64,000 bases of DNA from an uncultured bacterium (GTDB lineage: Bacteria; Actinomycetota; Acidimicrobiia; Spongiisociales; UBA5794). The stretch spans positions 128,001 to 192,000 of the forward strand of contig CAWDDT010000009.1 in NCBI GenBank assembly GCA_963801165.1. The letters run 5' to 3'. Below the pieces are notes generated by a model that searched no databases, was not told where the DNA came from, and worked only from the letters and a program-made list of their open reading frames with translations. A program made the position numbers and the translations under genes. How positions within the stretch are numbered: position 1 is the first letter of the stretch; each line of letters opens with the position of its first letter. Shown here in pieces: positions 9,995 through 20,441 of this stretch.

Positions 9995-10978
9995 CTACAG
10001 CTCGAAAGCTGACAGGTCGCGGAGTTGCTCGATCCGGTGGGTGGCCTCTATGTAACGCACGGTGCCCGTCTTGGCGCGAAGGACCAGCGAGTGGGTGCTT
10101 ACCGTGTGGCTTGCAAAACGAACGCCCCGGAGCAGTTCGCCTGACGTCACCCCGGTGGCGGCAAAGAAGGTGTTGTCGGAGTTGACGAGGTCGCGCGTGG
10201 TCAGCACCTGGGTGAGATCGAGACCTTCCTGGGCTGCATAGTCGCGCTCGCTGTCGTCACGAGGCCACAGCTTCGCCTGAATCTCTGCGCCAAGCGCCGT
10301 GAGGGCACATGCGGAAACGACCGCCTCCGGTGACCCGCCGATGCCGAAGAGGATGTCGACACCGCTATCGGCTTTAGCCGTGGCGATGCTGCCCGAGATG
10401 TCTCCGTCGCCGATGAGCACGATGCGGGCGCCGGCCTTACGCACCGCGTCAATGTACGGTTCGTTGCGGGGCCGGTCGAGGATGATCGCGGTTACATCCG
10501 ACACCGGTTTCTCGTAGGCTCGGGCCACCTGGGCGAGGTTGTGGGCCACCGGCGCCTCGATATCGATCATTCCGGCGGCCGCCGAGCCCACTGCGATCTT
10601 GTCCATGTAGACGAGACTGCCCGGGGCGTACATCGACCCCCTTGGGGCGAGTGCGATCACGGCAAGCGCACCGGGCAAGCCACGGGCAGTCGGCCGGGTG
10701 CCGTCGACGGGATCAACGGCGACATCCACACGGGGCGGGTTGCCGTTGCCGACCCGCTCGCCGTTGTAGAGCATCGGGGCTTCGTCCTTCTCGCCCTCAC
10801 CGATGACGACAACGCCGTCCATGTCGATAGTCGAGAGAACCTGACGCATCGCATCGACCGCCGCCTGATCGACCGCCTCTTTGTCTCCCCGGCCCTGGTA
10901 ATGGGCGGCCGCGATGGCGGCCACCTCGGTCACCCGCACCAGGTCGAGCGCGAGGTTTCTCTCTGGCTTCTCCGGCAT
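9995..10978 (-). CDS. glpX: Class II fructose-1,6-bisphosphatase
   Basis: RNLALDLVRVTE, VIGEGEKDEAPML, DPVDGT, FFAATGVT. Confidence 0.95.
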   Translation of the reverse strand: MPEKPERNLALDLVRVTEVAAIAAAHYQGRGDKEAVDQAAVDAMRQVLSTIDMDGVVVIGEGEKDEAPMLYNGERVGNGNPPRVDVAVDPVDGTRPTARGLPGALAVIALAPRGSMYAPGSLVYMDKIAVGSAAAGMIDIEAPVAHNLAQVARAYEKPVSDVTAIILDRPRNEPYIDAVRKAGARIVLIGDGDISGSIATAKADSGVDILFGIGGSPEAVVSACALTALGAEIQAKLWPRDDSERDYAAQEGLDLTQVLTTRDLVNSDNTFFAATGVTSGELLRGVRFASHTVSTHSLVLRAKTGTVRYIEATHRIEQLRDLSAFEL

Positions 10979-10988
10979 CGATGTCCTC

Positions 10989-12167
10989 CTACGAGACTCG
11001 AACGATCAACGCGTCGCCCTGGCCCCCGCCGCCACACAGCCCGGCGGCACCGATGCCGCCTCCCCGGGCGCGCAGCGCGTTGATGAGGGCGATGGTGATC
11101 CGCGCACCGCTGGCACCGACCGGGTGGCCTAGTGCGACGGCCCCGCCGTTCACGTTCACCTTCTCCGGGTCCAGTCCCAGCATCTTGGTGGACCACAGCG
11201 CCACCGCAGCGAACGCCTCGTTGATCTCGACCAGGTCGAGGTTGCTGGGATCCAATCCGGCTGCGGTGAGGGCACGGTCGATTGCCTGTGCGGGACGCTC
11301 CTGCAAAGTGGCGTCGGGTCCTGCGGTCTGCCCGTATCCGAGGATCTCGGCCAGGATGGGAAGACCGGCCGCCTCGGCGGCGGAGCGGTCGGCGACGATG
11401 ACGGCCGCTGCACCGTCGGAGATCTGTGACGAGTTGCCCGCAGTAACGGTGCCGTCGGCGACAAACGCCGGCCGCAGCTTGCCCAGGCTCTCGACCGTGG
11501 TGCCCGGGCGCATCCCCTCGTCCTCCTCGACCAGCAGCGGATCGCCACGTCTTTGCGGAACCTCGACCGGCACGATCTCTTTGCCGAGGACGCCCGACTT
11601 GGTGGCATTGATGGCACGCTCGTGTGAAGCGGCAGCCCACTCGTCCTGCTCTTGCCGGCTGATGCCGAGCGTGACGTTTTTGCGGTCCGTGGACTCGCCC
11701 ATCATGCACTCATCGAATGAGCACATCAGCGCGTCGTGCTGCAGTGAGTCGGCCAGAGTGGCATCTCCGAGCCGGAACCCCTGGCGGGCCCCTATCAACA
11801 GATGAGGAGCGTTGGTCATCGACTCCATCCCTCCGGCGAGGACGAACCTGGCCTCGCCGAGCCGGATTCGCCTGCCGGCCTCCTGGATTGCGGTCATGCT
11901 GGAGAGGCACGCCTTGTTGATGACGGTCGACGGCACGCTCATCGGCACGCCGGCGGCAAACGCTGCCGGTCGGGCGCTCACCTGACCCGAGCCTGCCTGG
12001 ATCACTTGCCCGAAAAGGACCTCGTCGAGCTGAGCCGGATCGAGGCCGGCGCGGTCGACGGCCCCTCTCATTGCGACGGTGCCGAGCTCCGCAGCCCGGA
12101 GCGGGGTGAATGCTCCGTTGAGCTTGCCAAACGGTGTGCGGGCAATCGAGCAGATGACCGGGTTCAT
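10989..12167 (-). CDS. Acetyl-CoA C-acetyltransferase (thiolase)
   Basis: RTPFGK, NKAC, NEAF, GHPVGASG, CGGGG. Confidence 0.95.
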   Translation of the reverse strand: MNPVICSIARTPFGKLNGAFTPLRAAELGTVAMRGAVDRAGLDPAQLDEVLFGQVIQAGSGQVSARPAAFAAGVPMSVPSTVINKACLSSMTAIQEAGRRIRLGEARFVLAGGMESMTNAPHLLIGARQGFRLGDATLADSLQHDALMCSFDECMMGESTDRKNVTLGISRQEQDEWAAASHERAINATKSGVLGKEIVPVEVPQRRGDPLLVEEDEGMRPGTTVESLGKLRPAFVADGTVTAGNSSQISDGAAAVIVADRSAAEAAGLPILAEILGYGQTAGPDATLQERPAQAIDRALTAAGLDPSNLDLVEINEAFAAVALWSTKMLGLDPEKVNVNGGAVALGHPVGASGARITIALINALRARGGGIGAAGLCGGGGQGDALIVRVS

Positions 12168-12397
12168 CCAATCCTTCCTGGTCGCTACCTGCGATGGTAC
12201 CCGGTGACGGGGGCTGCGATCCCGCGTTCGGGCGACCAATTCGTCTCGTCAGCCCAGATCTCCGTCTTGCGCTGGTGGTGTGACCGGTGGCTCACCTCCG
12301 CTCTTGCCAACTAGATACACCGCGCTTCAGTGGTCGGTCTCGCATGACGATGGTGCACCTATGTGCACTCTGCCACGACGTTGACAATACCCAAGGG

Positions 12398-14383
12398 ATG
12401 GGGATCAGATTGCTGTCACCAGAGCGGGGCTCAGGGGGAGAATCGCACAGACGCAACGTGATGTTGATGGGTGGATCGCTTGCCGACCGCGACGTCATTG
12501 CCCGGTTGCTGTCGGAGGCGGGCAGCGACGCGTACGACCTCGACTGGGTGCAAAGCGAGTCCGCCATTGTCTGGGGGCTCGGCGGCACACAGGTGATCCT
12601 CTGGCGGCTCGGCGAGGGAGCGAGGCTGGCAGAGTTCGTAGAGTGGGTCGATGCTGCCGAGCACACCGCACCGGTAGTGGCGGTCATGGATCCGGGTGAG
12701 GATGACATCGCGGCGATACGGTGCGGTGCGACAGACGCGGTGATCTTCGACCATCTCGACGCCGGCACGCTGAGTCGATCCATCCGCTACTCCGTGGAGC
12801 GGCACAGGCTGATCACAGAGCTAGAGCGTGAGCGTCAGCTTCTGCACGCCCTTCTCGACACCCTTCCCTCTGCGATCTACTTCAAGGACGCCGAGAGTCG
12901 CTTCCTGAGGATCAGCCGGAAGCTGGCCAATGACTTCAATCTGGCTCATCCATCGCAGGTGATCGGCAAGACGGACTCGGACTTCTTCGCAGAAGAGCAT
13001 GCGACCAGGGCATTTCGCGACGAGCAGGCGCTCGTCGGAGGCGAAGTGGACGTGATCCGGAAGGAAGAGCGGGAAGTCTGGGCCGACGGTCGGGTCACCT
13101 GGGCTGCTACTAGCAAGCTGCCGCTACGTGACCGGATGGGCAGGATCGTCGGCACCTTTGGCATGTCCCTGGACGTTACGGACAAGAAGGCCGCGGAGTC
13201 ATTGCTACGTAGTGACAAGGAGGCGGCCGAGGATGCCAGCAGGGCCAAGTCCGACTTCGTCGCCAATATCAGCCACGAGATCCGGACCCCGATGAATGCC
13301 ATCCTCGGGATGACGGATCTCGTCCTCGAGACCGATCTTGACGCCACCCAGCGCGACTACCTCGAAATGGTCCGCGAGTCTGCGGAAGCTCTCATGGTGA
13401 TCGTCGACGATGTTCTCGACTTCTCGAAGATCGAAGCAGGCAAGATGGACCTATCGCCGACCACGGTCGACATTCGCGCGCTATGTGCTCAGACCCTCAG
13501 CCCGCTCTCGGTTCGCGCCGATCGAAAGGGCATCGAACTCGTTGTCGACGTTCACGAAAGCGTGCCGTCACTGCTGGTTGTCGACAGTGTGCGGCTCCGC
13601 CAGGTCATTGCGAATCTGGTGGTCAACGCCGTCAAGTTCACCGACACGGGAAGCGTGACGTTCTCGCTGGCATTGGCTGCCGAGTCCGACGAGGAGGTTG
13701 TTGTACGGTTCGCCGTTCGCGATACCGGCATCGGCATTCGCCGGGCGAAGCTCGGTGAGATCTTCGCTGCATTCGAGCAGGCAGATGCGTCGACGACCCG
13801 CCGATTTGGGGGTACGGGTCTCGGCCTGAGCATCTCTTCGCGCATCGTGACGCTGATGGGCGGTGTCCTGGTGGTGGAGAGTGAGGAGGGTGAAGGGAGC
13901 ACATTCCATTTCTCCGTTGCCGTTCCCAAGGGCGAGCAGCTGGCGGTGATGCCTCAGGCTCAGGCGGTCAACCGCGAGGCAGACGATCTTGCCGCGGCTC
14001 TCGCACTGAAAAGCGTACTCATCGTCAACGACTCGCACGCCAGCCAGCGTGTGCTCCAGGCCCAGCTGCAGCGCCATTCGATCCAGACGGACTGTGTTGC
14101 CGATGGCGTCGCCGCTGTAGAAGCAGTGAGGAGGGGCGGTGTCGATTTGGTGCTGATGGACGTGCAGATGCCCGTTCTGGACGGCCTGGCCGCGACCCAG
14201 CTGATCCGTCGAGAGGAGCAGGGCTCGGGGTCCCGGATTCCCATCGTCGCGGTCACTGCGCGTGCTATGAAGGGGGATCGGGATCGATGTCTTGCCTCGG
14301 GCATGGACGAGTACGTTGCGCTGCCGACGACAACGGTGCGTCTGCTCCGTGCGATGGCAGCTGCGACAGATGGTTCGCCCTGA
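12398..14383 (+). CDS. Hybrid sensor histidine kinase (pseudo-REC, PAS, HisKA, HATPase, REC)
   Basis: ANISHEIRTPMN, NLVVNAVKFT, DTGIG, GGTGLGL, LMDVQMP; start uncertain (12398-12470). Confidence 0.9.
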   Translation: MGIRLLSPERGSGGESHRRNVMLMGGSLADRDVIARLLSEAGSDAYDLDWVQSESAIVWGLGGTQVILWRLGEGARLAEFVEWVDAAEHTAPVVAVMDPGEDDIAAIRCGATDAVIFDHLDAGTLSRSIRYSVERHRLITELERERQLLHALLDTLPSAIYFKDAESRFLRISRKLANDFNLAHPSQVIGKTDSDFFAEEHATRAFRDEQALVGGEVDVIRKEEREVWADGRVTWAATSKLPLRDRMGRIVGTFGMSLDVTDKKAAESLLRSDKEAAEDASRAKSDFVANISHEIRTPMNAILGMTDLVLETDLDATQRDYLEMVRESAEALMVIVDDVLDFSKIEAGKMDLSPTTVDIRALCAQTLSPLSVRADRKGIELVVDVHESVPSLLVVDSVRLRQVIANLVVNAVKFTDTGSVTFSLALAAESDEEVVVRFAVRDTGIGIRRAKLGEIFAAFEQADASTTRRFGGTGLGLSISSRIVTLMGGVLVVESEEGEGSTFHFSVAVPKGEQLAVMPQAQAVNREADDLAAALALKSVLIVNDSHASQRVLQAQLQRHSIQTDCVADGVAAVEAVRRGGVDLVLMDVQMPVLDGLAATQLIRREEQGSGSRIPIVAVTARAMKGDRDRCLASGMDEYVALPTTTVRLLRAMAAATDGSP

Positions 14384-14399
14384 CGCGTCGGGTCGACAA

Positions 14400-17300
14400 T
14401 CAGCTCATTTCGATCTCGTCGAGAAATCGACGAACCCGTACCGTGCTGACCTTGCCGCGGGTACCCAGAGTCTGGGCGAACAGGCTGACCCGCAATTCCT
14501 GGATCATCCATGCAGCATCCATCAGGCGTACGTCATCTGGAACCGCAGCCGCAATGCGATCCAGCTCGGCTTCGAGGCTATGAATGACCGCCATGTTGGC
14601 CGTGTCGCGGGCCGAATCTGACGCCACCCGGTCGATTCGCAGAATGATTGCCTCCAGATAGCGTGACACGTCGGCGATCCGGTCGGAGCCGATCCTGGTG
14701 AGGAAACCGGGGTATACGAGGGCGGCGACCTGGTTGGCGATATCGTCGATGACCGGGCGATGGCGCTCATCGTCGAGACGGTTGAAGGCTATCTCGGCTT
14801 CCTCGAGGGCGGTCAGCAACTCGAGCGACTCAGCAGCCACCCGGGTCACTAGCGGATGGAGCTCATCACGGGCCACGGCCAGCAGTCGATCGAACCCGGT
14901 TGCATCCCAGGCAGGGCCGCCGGCACGGGCGATGATTTCACCGAGGGCACAGCCGAGACAGTCGTCGACCCATTCGGTCTGATCTCGATGCGGTCCCACC
15001 CCGAGCGCCGCCTTGGCGTCCCGGTCGAGCATCGGGCGGAGCAGCTTGCCGGGTGAAGGTAGGTTGAGCAGCAACAGTCGGATCGTGCCCTGCCACATCG
15101 CGGCGGACTGCTCCTCCGGGGTCGCTAGCAGCCGTACACCCACCGAGTCTCCCTCGTCGACGAGTGCCGGATACGCATTGACGGTGTGGTCCGCCCCGGA
15201 GACGGCGAGGACCTGCGGCAGCTCGCCGATGCTCCATTCGGTGAGCCCGCTGGTTTCGAGATCATGGGTCGTTGCATCGACGGCGGCGGCGGTCTCTGCC
15301 CGTACGTCCTCCTTCAGGACGCGGAGATCACGACCCTCGACGACGACGCTGCCGGTGTCGTCGACGACCCGGAACGTGGGCCGGAGATGCGGGGGCAAGG
15401 AGTCGAGATCGAATGCATCCACCGGAATAAGCTCATTGCCGATCCGGTGCAGTTCACGACGCAGCGTGTGCAGCAAACCTGCGTCGTCACTATCGGAGAT
15501 AGCCGCAAGCACTGTGCGTGCGGTGTCCGGCACCGGGGCGAAGTTCTTTCGCAGTTTCTTGGGAAGGCTCCGGATCAGCTCGATGACGAGCTCCTCGCGG
15601 TAGCCGGGTACATGCCATTCGAAGACCGCCGGGTCGATCCGGTCGAGCCCACGCAGCGGGATGTCGACCGTCATGCCGTCGTGTGCGCTACTCGGGTCGA
15701 ACTCGTAGTCGAGAGGGAGCCCGAGATCTCCGTACTCCCAGACTTCGGGATACGCGTCAGGGTCGGGTGGGGCCACCGTGCGGTCGATTAGAACCTCGTC
15801 GCTGAGGTGGAGGAGATGGGGCTGAACCCCCTTCATGTCCCGCCACCACCGATCGAAGCGGCGAACGTCCGCGACGTCCTCGGGGATACGTGCGGCGAAG
15901 AAAGCCACGAGAGTGTCGTCGTCGACGAGCAGGTTGGCTCGGCGCTCTCTTGTCTCTATCGCGAGCACGTTGTCGATCTGGTTGCGGTTGTGTTCCACGA
16001 AGACATGTGCGGCGTCCCACTCGCCTGCGACCAGTGCGTGCCGGATGAAGAGCTCGCGGGCCGTCCGTGGGTCTATCCGGCCGTACTGAACGACGCGATC
16101 AACATGCAGTTGCATCCCGAACAACGACACCGACTCGCGGGCAACCGCGGCGCCGTGCTCGGTGTCCCACCACGGGTCGGAATAGGATCGGTTGATCAGG
16201 TGGCTCCCCGCTTCTTCCACCCATTGCGGTGAGACGCCGGCGACGGTGTGCGCCCACAGCCGGGTGGTCTCGACCAGCTCGCCCGCCATGACCCACTCGG
16301 GTGTCTGCTTGAACAGGGTCGAGCCTGGAGAGATGAAGAACCGGGCAGAGTGGGCACCGCGATACTCATACCCGTTCGGGTCCTTCTTGCCTACGTGCGA
16401 GAGCAGCCCAGTGAGCAGCGTCCTGTGAATGACGTCTTGGTCGGCCGGTTTCCGATTGCGGTGGAGCCCCAGCTCGTCGGAGATGTCGCGCAGCTGCGAG
16501 TAGACGTCCTGCCATTCGCGCACCCGCCTATAGCTCAGATACTCGTCGCGGCACAGCCTGCGGAACTGGTTGGAGGTACGAGCCCTCCGCTCGGTTCGAA
16601 GGTAATCCCACAGCGAGAGCCAGCCCAGGAAGTCGCTTCGCCCGTCGCGGAACCGGGCGTGCATCTGATCGGCTTGCTGTTCCTTGTCGACCGGTCGCTC
16701 TCTCGGATCCTGGATGGAGAGGGCGGCGGCGATGACCTCGACTTCAGCCAGGCAGTCGTTGCGATGGGCCGCAAGCACCATCGTTCCCAGCCGGATGTCG
16801 ATCGGGAGACGGGCAAGTTGCCTTCCGATTTTCGTCAACCGGGGCTTGCCTTCTCCGCCGGATTCGAGTGCCCGAACCTCCTCCAGTAGCGCATAACCAT
16901 CGCGGATGGAACGCGAGTCGGGCGGGTCGAGAAACGGGAACGACTCGATGTCACCGAGATCGAGGGCCACCATCTGCAAGATCACGGACGCCAACCCGGT
17001 GCGGAGCACCTCGGGTTCGGTGAATTCGGGACGGGTGGCGAAGTCGTCCTCCGAGTAGAGGCGGATACACACCCCGGGGCCGAGCCGGCCACAGCGACCG
17101 GCCCGCTGGTTGGCCGACGCCTGTGAGATCGGTTCGATGGGAAGCCGCTGCACCTTGGTGCGTCGCCCGTAGCGGGAGATACGTGCGGTGCCGGCATCGA
17201 CGACGGCCCGGATGCCGGGGACGGTCAGGGAGGTCTCGGCCACGTTGGTGGCGACAACGATCCGGCGTCCGGTGTGAGCGGCGAAGACACGGTTCTGCTC

Positions 17301-18296
17301 GCCCGTGGACAGCCGCCCGTAGAGAGGGACGACCTCCGTGTGGCGCAGACCGAGATCGTCGATCGCCTCAGCGGCGTCCCTGATCTCCCGCTCGCCGGAG
17401 CAGAAGACGAGGATGTCCCCGTCCTTTTCGGTGAACAGCTCGACGACGGCGTCGCAGATGCCCTCCGGTTGGTCCTTTGGCTCGGGTAGCGCAACGTCGT
17501 CGAGAGGCCGGTACCGCAGCTCGACCGGGTGGGTGCGCCCGGAGACCTCGACGATCGGAGCGTTGTCGAAGTGGGCGGCGAACCGCTCCGTGTCGATGGT
17601 GGCCGAGGTGATGATGACCTTCAGATCGGGCCGCTTCGGGAGCAAGTTCTTGAGATAGCCGAGGAGGAAGTCGATGTTGAGGCTGCGCTCGTGAGCCTCG
17701 TCGATAATGATGGTGTCGTAGCGGTTTAGCCGGCGGTCGTGGTGTATCTCGTTGAGGAGGATGCCGTCGGTCATCAGCTTGACCAGGGTCCTGTCACCAA
17801 CCTGGTCGGAGAACCGCACCGTGTACCCGACCAGCCCGCCGACCGAGTCACCCAGCTCCTCGGCGACCCTGGTTGCGATCGAGCGGGCGGCGAGCCGGCG
17901 GGGCTGGGTGTGTCCGATCCAGCCTTTGACCCCGCGCCCGAGCTCGAGACATAGCTTGGGGATTTGCGTGCTCTTCCCCGAACCGGTCTCCCCGGCCACG
18001 ATCACGACCTGATGGTCACGGATCGTATCGAGCAAGTCCTGCCTGCGACCGGTGATGGGGAGCTCGGCCGGATAGGAGATCTTGTCGGGGAGCGCTTCTT
18101 GCCGTGCGGCGAGCTTGCGAGTCGCGGCCTCGATCTCGTGCTCGAGTGCATCGAGCACCCGGGCACGTTTGTCGGGCGCGGCGATCCTGGCCGCACCCGA
18201 GATCCTCCGCTGGAACTGGCGGCGGTCGGCCGGCGTGAGCCCGTCACTTCGGGCGCGCAAATCGGAGATGCGTACGGACATTCGGATCGGTCGCAT
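14400..18296 (-). CDS. hrpA: ATP-dependent RNA helicase HrpA
   Basis: GETGSGKST, DEAH, SAT, QRAGRCGR, C-terminal ELRVSLFAQ (DUF3418). Confidence 0.95.
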   Translation of the reverse strand: MRPIRMSVRISDLRARSDGLTPADRRQFQRRISGAARIAAPDKRARVLDALEHEIEAATRKLAARQEALPDKISYPAELPITGRRQDLLDTIRDHQVVIVAGETGSGKSTQIPKLCLELGRGVKGWIGHTQPRRLAARSIATRVAEELGDSVGGLVGYTVRFSDQVGDRTLVKLMTDGILLNEIHHDRRLNRYDTIIIDEAHERSLNIDFLLGYLKNLLPKRPDLKVIITSATIDTERFAAHFDNAPIVEVSGRTHPVELRYRPLDDVALPEPKDQPEGICDAVVELFTEKDGDILVFCSGEREIRDAAEAIDDLGLRHTEVVPLYGRLSTGEQNRVFAAHTGRRIVVATNVAETSLTVPGIRAVVDAGTARISRYGRRTKVQRLPIEPISQASANQRAGRCGRLGPGVCIRLYSEDDFATRPEFTEPEVLRTGLASVILQMVALDLGDIESFPFLDPPDSRSIRDGYALLEEVRALESGGEGKPRLTKIGRQLARLPIDIRLGTMVLAAHRNDCLAEVEVIAAALSIQDPRERPVDKEQQADQMHARFRDGRSDFLGWLSLWDYLRTERRARTSNQFRRLCRDEYLSYRRVREWQDVYSQLRDISDELGLHRNRKPADQDVIHRTLLTGLLSHVGKKDPNGYEYRGAHSARFFISPGSTLFKQTPEWVMAGELVETTRLWAHTVAGVSPQWVEEAGSHLINRSYSDPWWDTEHGAAVARESVSLFGMQLHVDRVVQYGRIDPRTARELFIRHALVAGEWDAAHVFVEHNRNQIDNVLAIETRERRANLLVDDDTLVAFFAARIPEDVADVRRFDRWWRDMKGVQPHLLHLSDEVLIDRTVAPPDPDAYPEVWEYGDLGLPLDYEFDPSSAHDGMTVDIPLRGLDRIDPAVFEWHVPGYREELVIELIRSLPKKLRKNFAPVPDTARTVLAAISDSDDAGLLHTLRRELHRIGNELIPVDAFDLDSLPPHLRPTFRVVDDTGSVVVEGRDLRVLKEDVRAETAAAVDATTHDLETSGLTEWSIGELPQVLAVSGADHTVNAYPALVDEGDSVGVRLLATPEEQSAAMWQGTIRLLLLNLPSPGKLLRPMLDRDAKAALGVGPHRDQTEWVDDCLGCALGEIIARAGGPAWDATGFDRLLAVARDELHPLVTRVAAESLELLTALEEAEIAFNRLDDERHRPVIDDIANQVAALVYPGFLTRIGSDRIADVSRYLEAIILRIDRVASDSARDTANMAVIHSLEAELDRIAAAVPDDVRLMDAAWMIQELRVSLFAQTLGTRGKVSTVRVRRFLDEIEMS

Positions 18297-18383
18297 GGTA
18301 ATAGCGTGGCTACCGGGCCGGATGGCCGGAGAACTCTCCCGGCTTGTCCGGGGCTGCGCCGGGGGCGTAGTACCTTTATGCGA

Positions 18384-18791
18384 ATGTTCGCCTACAACTT
18401 GCATCACGTAGCTCTGGCGGTTCGTGACCTCGATGCGGCAATCGCCGACTACGCCAGGCTGTATGGCGCCGAGCCGATGTCCCGCGAGGTGGTTGCCGAG
18501 CAGGGTGTCGAGGAGGCGATGATCCCGGTGGGCGGTTCGTACATACAGTTGCTACAACCGCTGGGATCCGATACGCCGGTGGGTCGATTCATCGAATCCC
18601 ACGGTGAAGGGATGCATCACATCGCTCTTGCCGTCGCCGACATCGAAGCCGCGCTTGCGCATCTGAAGGCGGAGGGCTCCCGACTCATAGACGAGCAGCC
18701 CCGCATCGGAGGCCACGGCGCCCGCATCGCATTTGTGCATCCCAAGTCGTTCGCCGGAACGCTTGTCGAGCTCTTAGAGTCGGTCCAGTGA
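18384..18791 (+). CDS. mce: Methylmalonyl-CoA epimerase
   Basis: HHVALAV, EQGVEEA, GEGMHHIA, AFVHPK...LVEL. Confidence 0.88.
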   Translation: MFAYNLHHVALAVRDLDAAIADYARLYGAEPMSREVVAEQGVEEAMIPVGGSYIQLLQPLGSDTPVGRFIESHGEGMHHIALAVADIEAALAHLKAEGSRLIDEQPRIGGHGARIAFVHPKSFAGTLVELLESVQ

Positions 18792-19030
18792 AGTACGAGG
18801 TATCAGGTCGTCCGAGCCACGAGGAGACCGCAGCCATAGCCGCGGTCATCGATGCGGTCATCGAGGAGGAGTCACGGGCGCTGGCCACGCCGGCGCAGGT
18901 GCCACGACAGAGCTCCTGGGTGCTCGCCTGGCGACCCCGGGACGTGCCGGCGCCGCTTCCCTCCCATACCTACGACTCCAGGTCATGGGCCGATGCTGAG
19001 CCCGTTGCCCGTCTCGAGTCGACGGAGTAG
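18788..19030 (+). CDS. Acyl-CoA carboxylase epsilon subunit-like small protein
   Basis: GRPSHEETAAIAAVI...SSW pattern; GTGA coupling to mce. Confidence 0.55.
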   Translation: MKYEVSGRPSHEETAAIAAVIDAVIEEESRALATPAQVPRQSSWVLAWRPRDVPAPLPSHTYDSRSWADAEPVARLESTE

Positions 19031-19063
19031 CGGTCTCAGAAGGTCCAACATCCTCCTACCGGC

Positions 19064-20428
19064 TCACGCCTCCGTAGACTCGACCGACTCGTCCTGTTCG
19101 TCGTCCGCGGTCTCCTGGTGGGTCGTACCGGCTTGCGGGATGATCTTCGACAGCTGCAGCGAGAAGCGGAATGAGGCACCCCTGGGGAATCGGGGTGCGT
19201 ACCAGACGTCACCGCCCATGGCCCTCGCCAACTGGCGGGCGATGGGCAGCCCGAGTCCGACACCGTCGGCGGCCCGGCTGTCTCCCTTGTTGAGCTGCTC
19301 GAAGTGCTCGAAAATCCTCTCCCAGTCGCCCTCGGCGATACCCGGACCGTTGTCCGCCACTGTCACCGTATAGATGTCGGTGCCCTCCTCGCCTGCGATC
19401 TGCACCGAATCGCCCCCGTACTTCCTTGCGTTGTCGAACAGGTTGCGCAGGATCTGTCCGGTCCGGCCCCGGTCGGCCTTGACGATCACCCCGCCGGGAA
19501 CGGAGGTGTCGATCTCCTTGCCGGTCTGCGCAAAGACGAGCCGCGCCGTTGCCGCTATCTCGTTGGCGAGATCGAACTCCTGGGGGCGGAGCCGGAGCCG
19601 GCCGGCTTCGATACGTGGGATCACCAGAATGTCCTCGACCAGGTCGCTCAGATGATGTGCCTCCTGCCTCATGATGATGAGGAACTCATCGATCTCTTCG
19701 GGATCTAGATCGGCCCAGTTCGACCGCAGAGTCTCCGAGAACCCGGCAATGCTGGTGAGCGGGGTCCGGAACTCGTGGCTGACCATCGATACGAATTCGT
19801 CCTTCAGCTCGACGGCACGCCGCTCCGCAGCCAGCGCCGCCCGATGGCGCATAGTGGATGCGTGGAGTGCCTGGACGGCACCGTACAGCAGTGAACCCAC
19901 GAGGAGCGACATCAGGACAACCGAGACGATATCGAATACGCTCGCCTTGGTCTCACTCAGCTGTGGGTCTCCAAGCGGGGCAAGGATCGCAACCGGGATC
20001 CCGACGGCCAGCGCCGTCCCGACCAACGCCGCAGCCTGGGGAATGGGCAGCAGAAGGAGGGCACCGGTGAGCAGGTACAGGAATGTCGCCGCAAGCGAGA
20101 TGCCGACTTCTCCCTTGAGCAGCTCGATCCCGGCAAATACGACCGTGTCGGTCAGCAACATCGGGAGGGCGCTTGTGCCGTGGTTGCGGCGCATTAGACC
20201 ATCCCCAACGAGGTAGGCCGCGACAACCGCCGACCAACGTGAGTTGGTCTCGATCATCCCGGCGAGCGCAAGCGTCACCAGCACGACGCCGAGCAGGGCA
20301 CGCACGGTGTTCACGCGTTTGCGGACCTCGGCATAGGCGACGGGCGCCTGGATTCTGGCAAGGTCAGGGGTGCTCACGGGTGTAACGCCCTTTGTTGACG
20401 GCTCCCTGTCGCTTGCAGGATACGACAT
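19064..20428 (-). CDS. Membrane sensor histidine kinase
   Basis: Several TMs, VSHEFRTPLT, NLFDNARKYG, DNGPG, GVGLGL. Confidence 0.92.
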   Translation of the reverse strand: MSYPASDREPSTKGVTPVSTPDLARIQAPVAYAEVRKRVNTVRALLGVVLVTLALAGMIETNSRWSAVVAAYLVGDGLMRRNHGTSALPMLLTDTVVFAGIELLKGEVGISLAATFLYLLTGALLLLPIPQAAALVGTALAVGIPVAILAPLGDPQLSETKASVFDIVSVVLMSLLVGSLLYGAVQALHASTMRHRAALAAERRAVELKDEFVSMVSHEFRTPLTSIAGFSETLRSNWADLDPEEIDEFLIIMRQEAHHLSDLVEDILVIPRIEAGRLRLRPQEFDLANEIAATARLVFAQTGKEIDTSVPGGVIVKADRGRTGQILRNLFDNARKYGGDSVQIAGEEGTDIYTVTVADNGPGIAEGDWERIFEHFEQLNKGDSRAADGVGLGLPIARQLARAMGGDVWYAPRFPRGASFRFSLQLSKIIPQAGTTHQETADDEQDESVESTEA

Positions 20429-20441
20429 AGCAGCAGCGTAC

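Noticed and set aside
12381-12410. TTGACA promoter for the hybrid kinase
   Set aside because: No acceptable -10 box at 16-18 nt spacing
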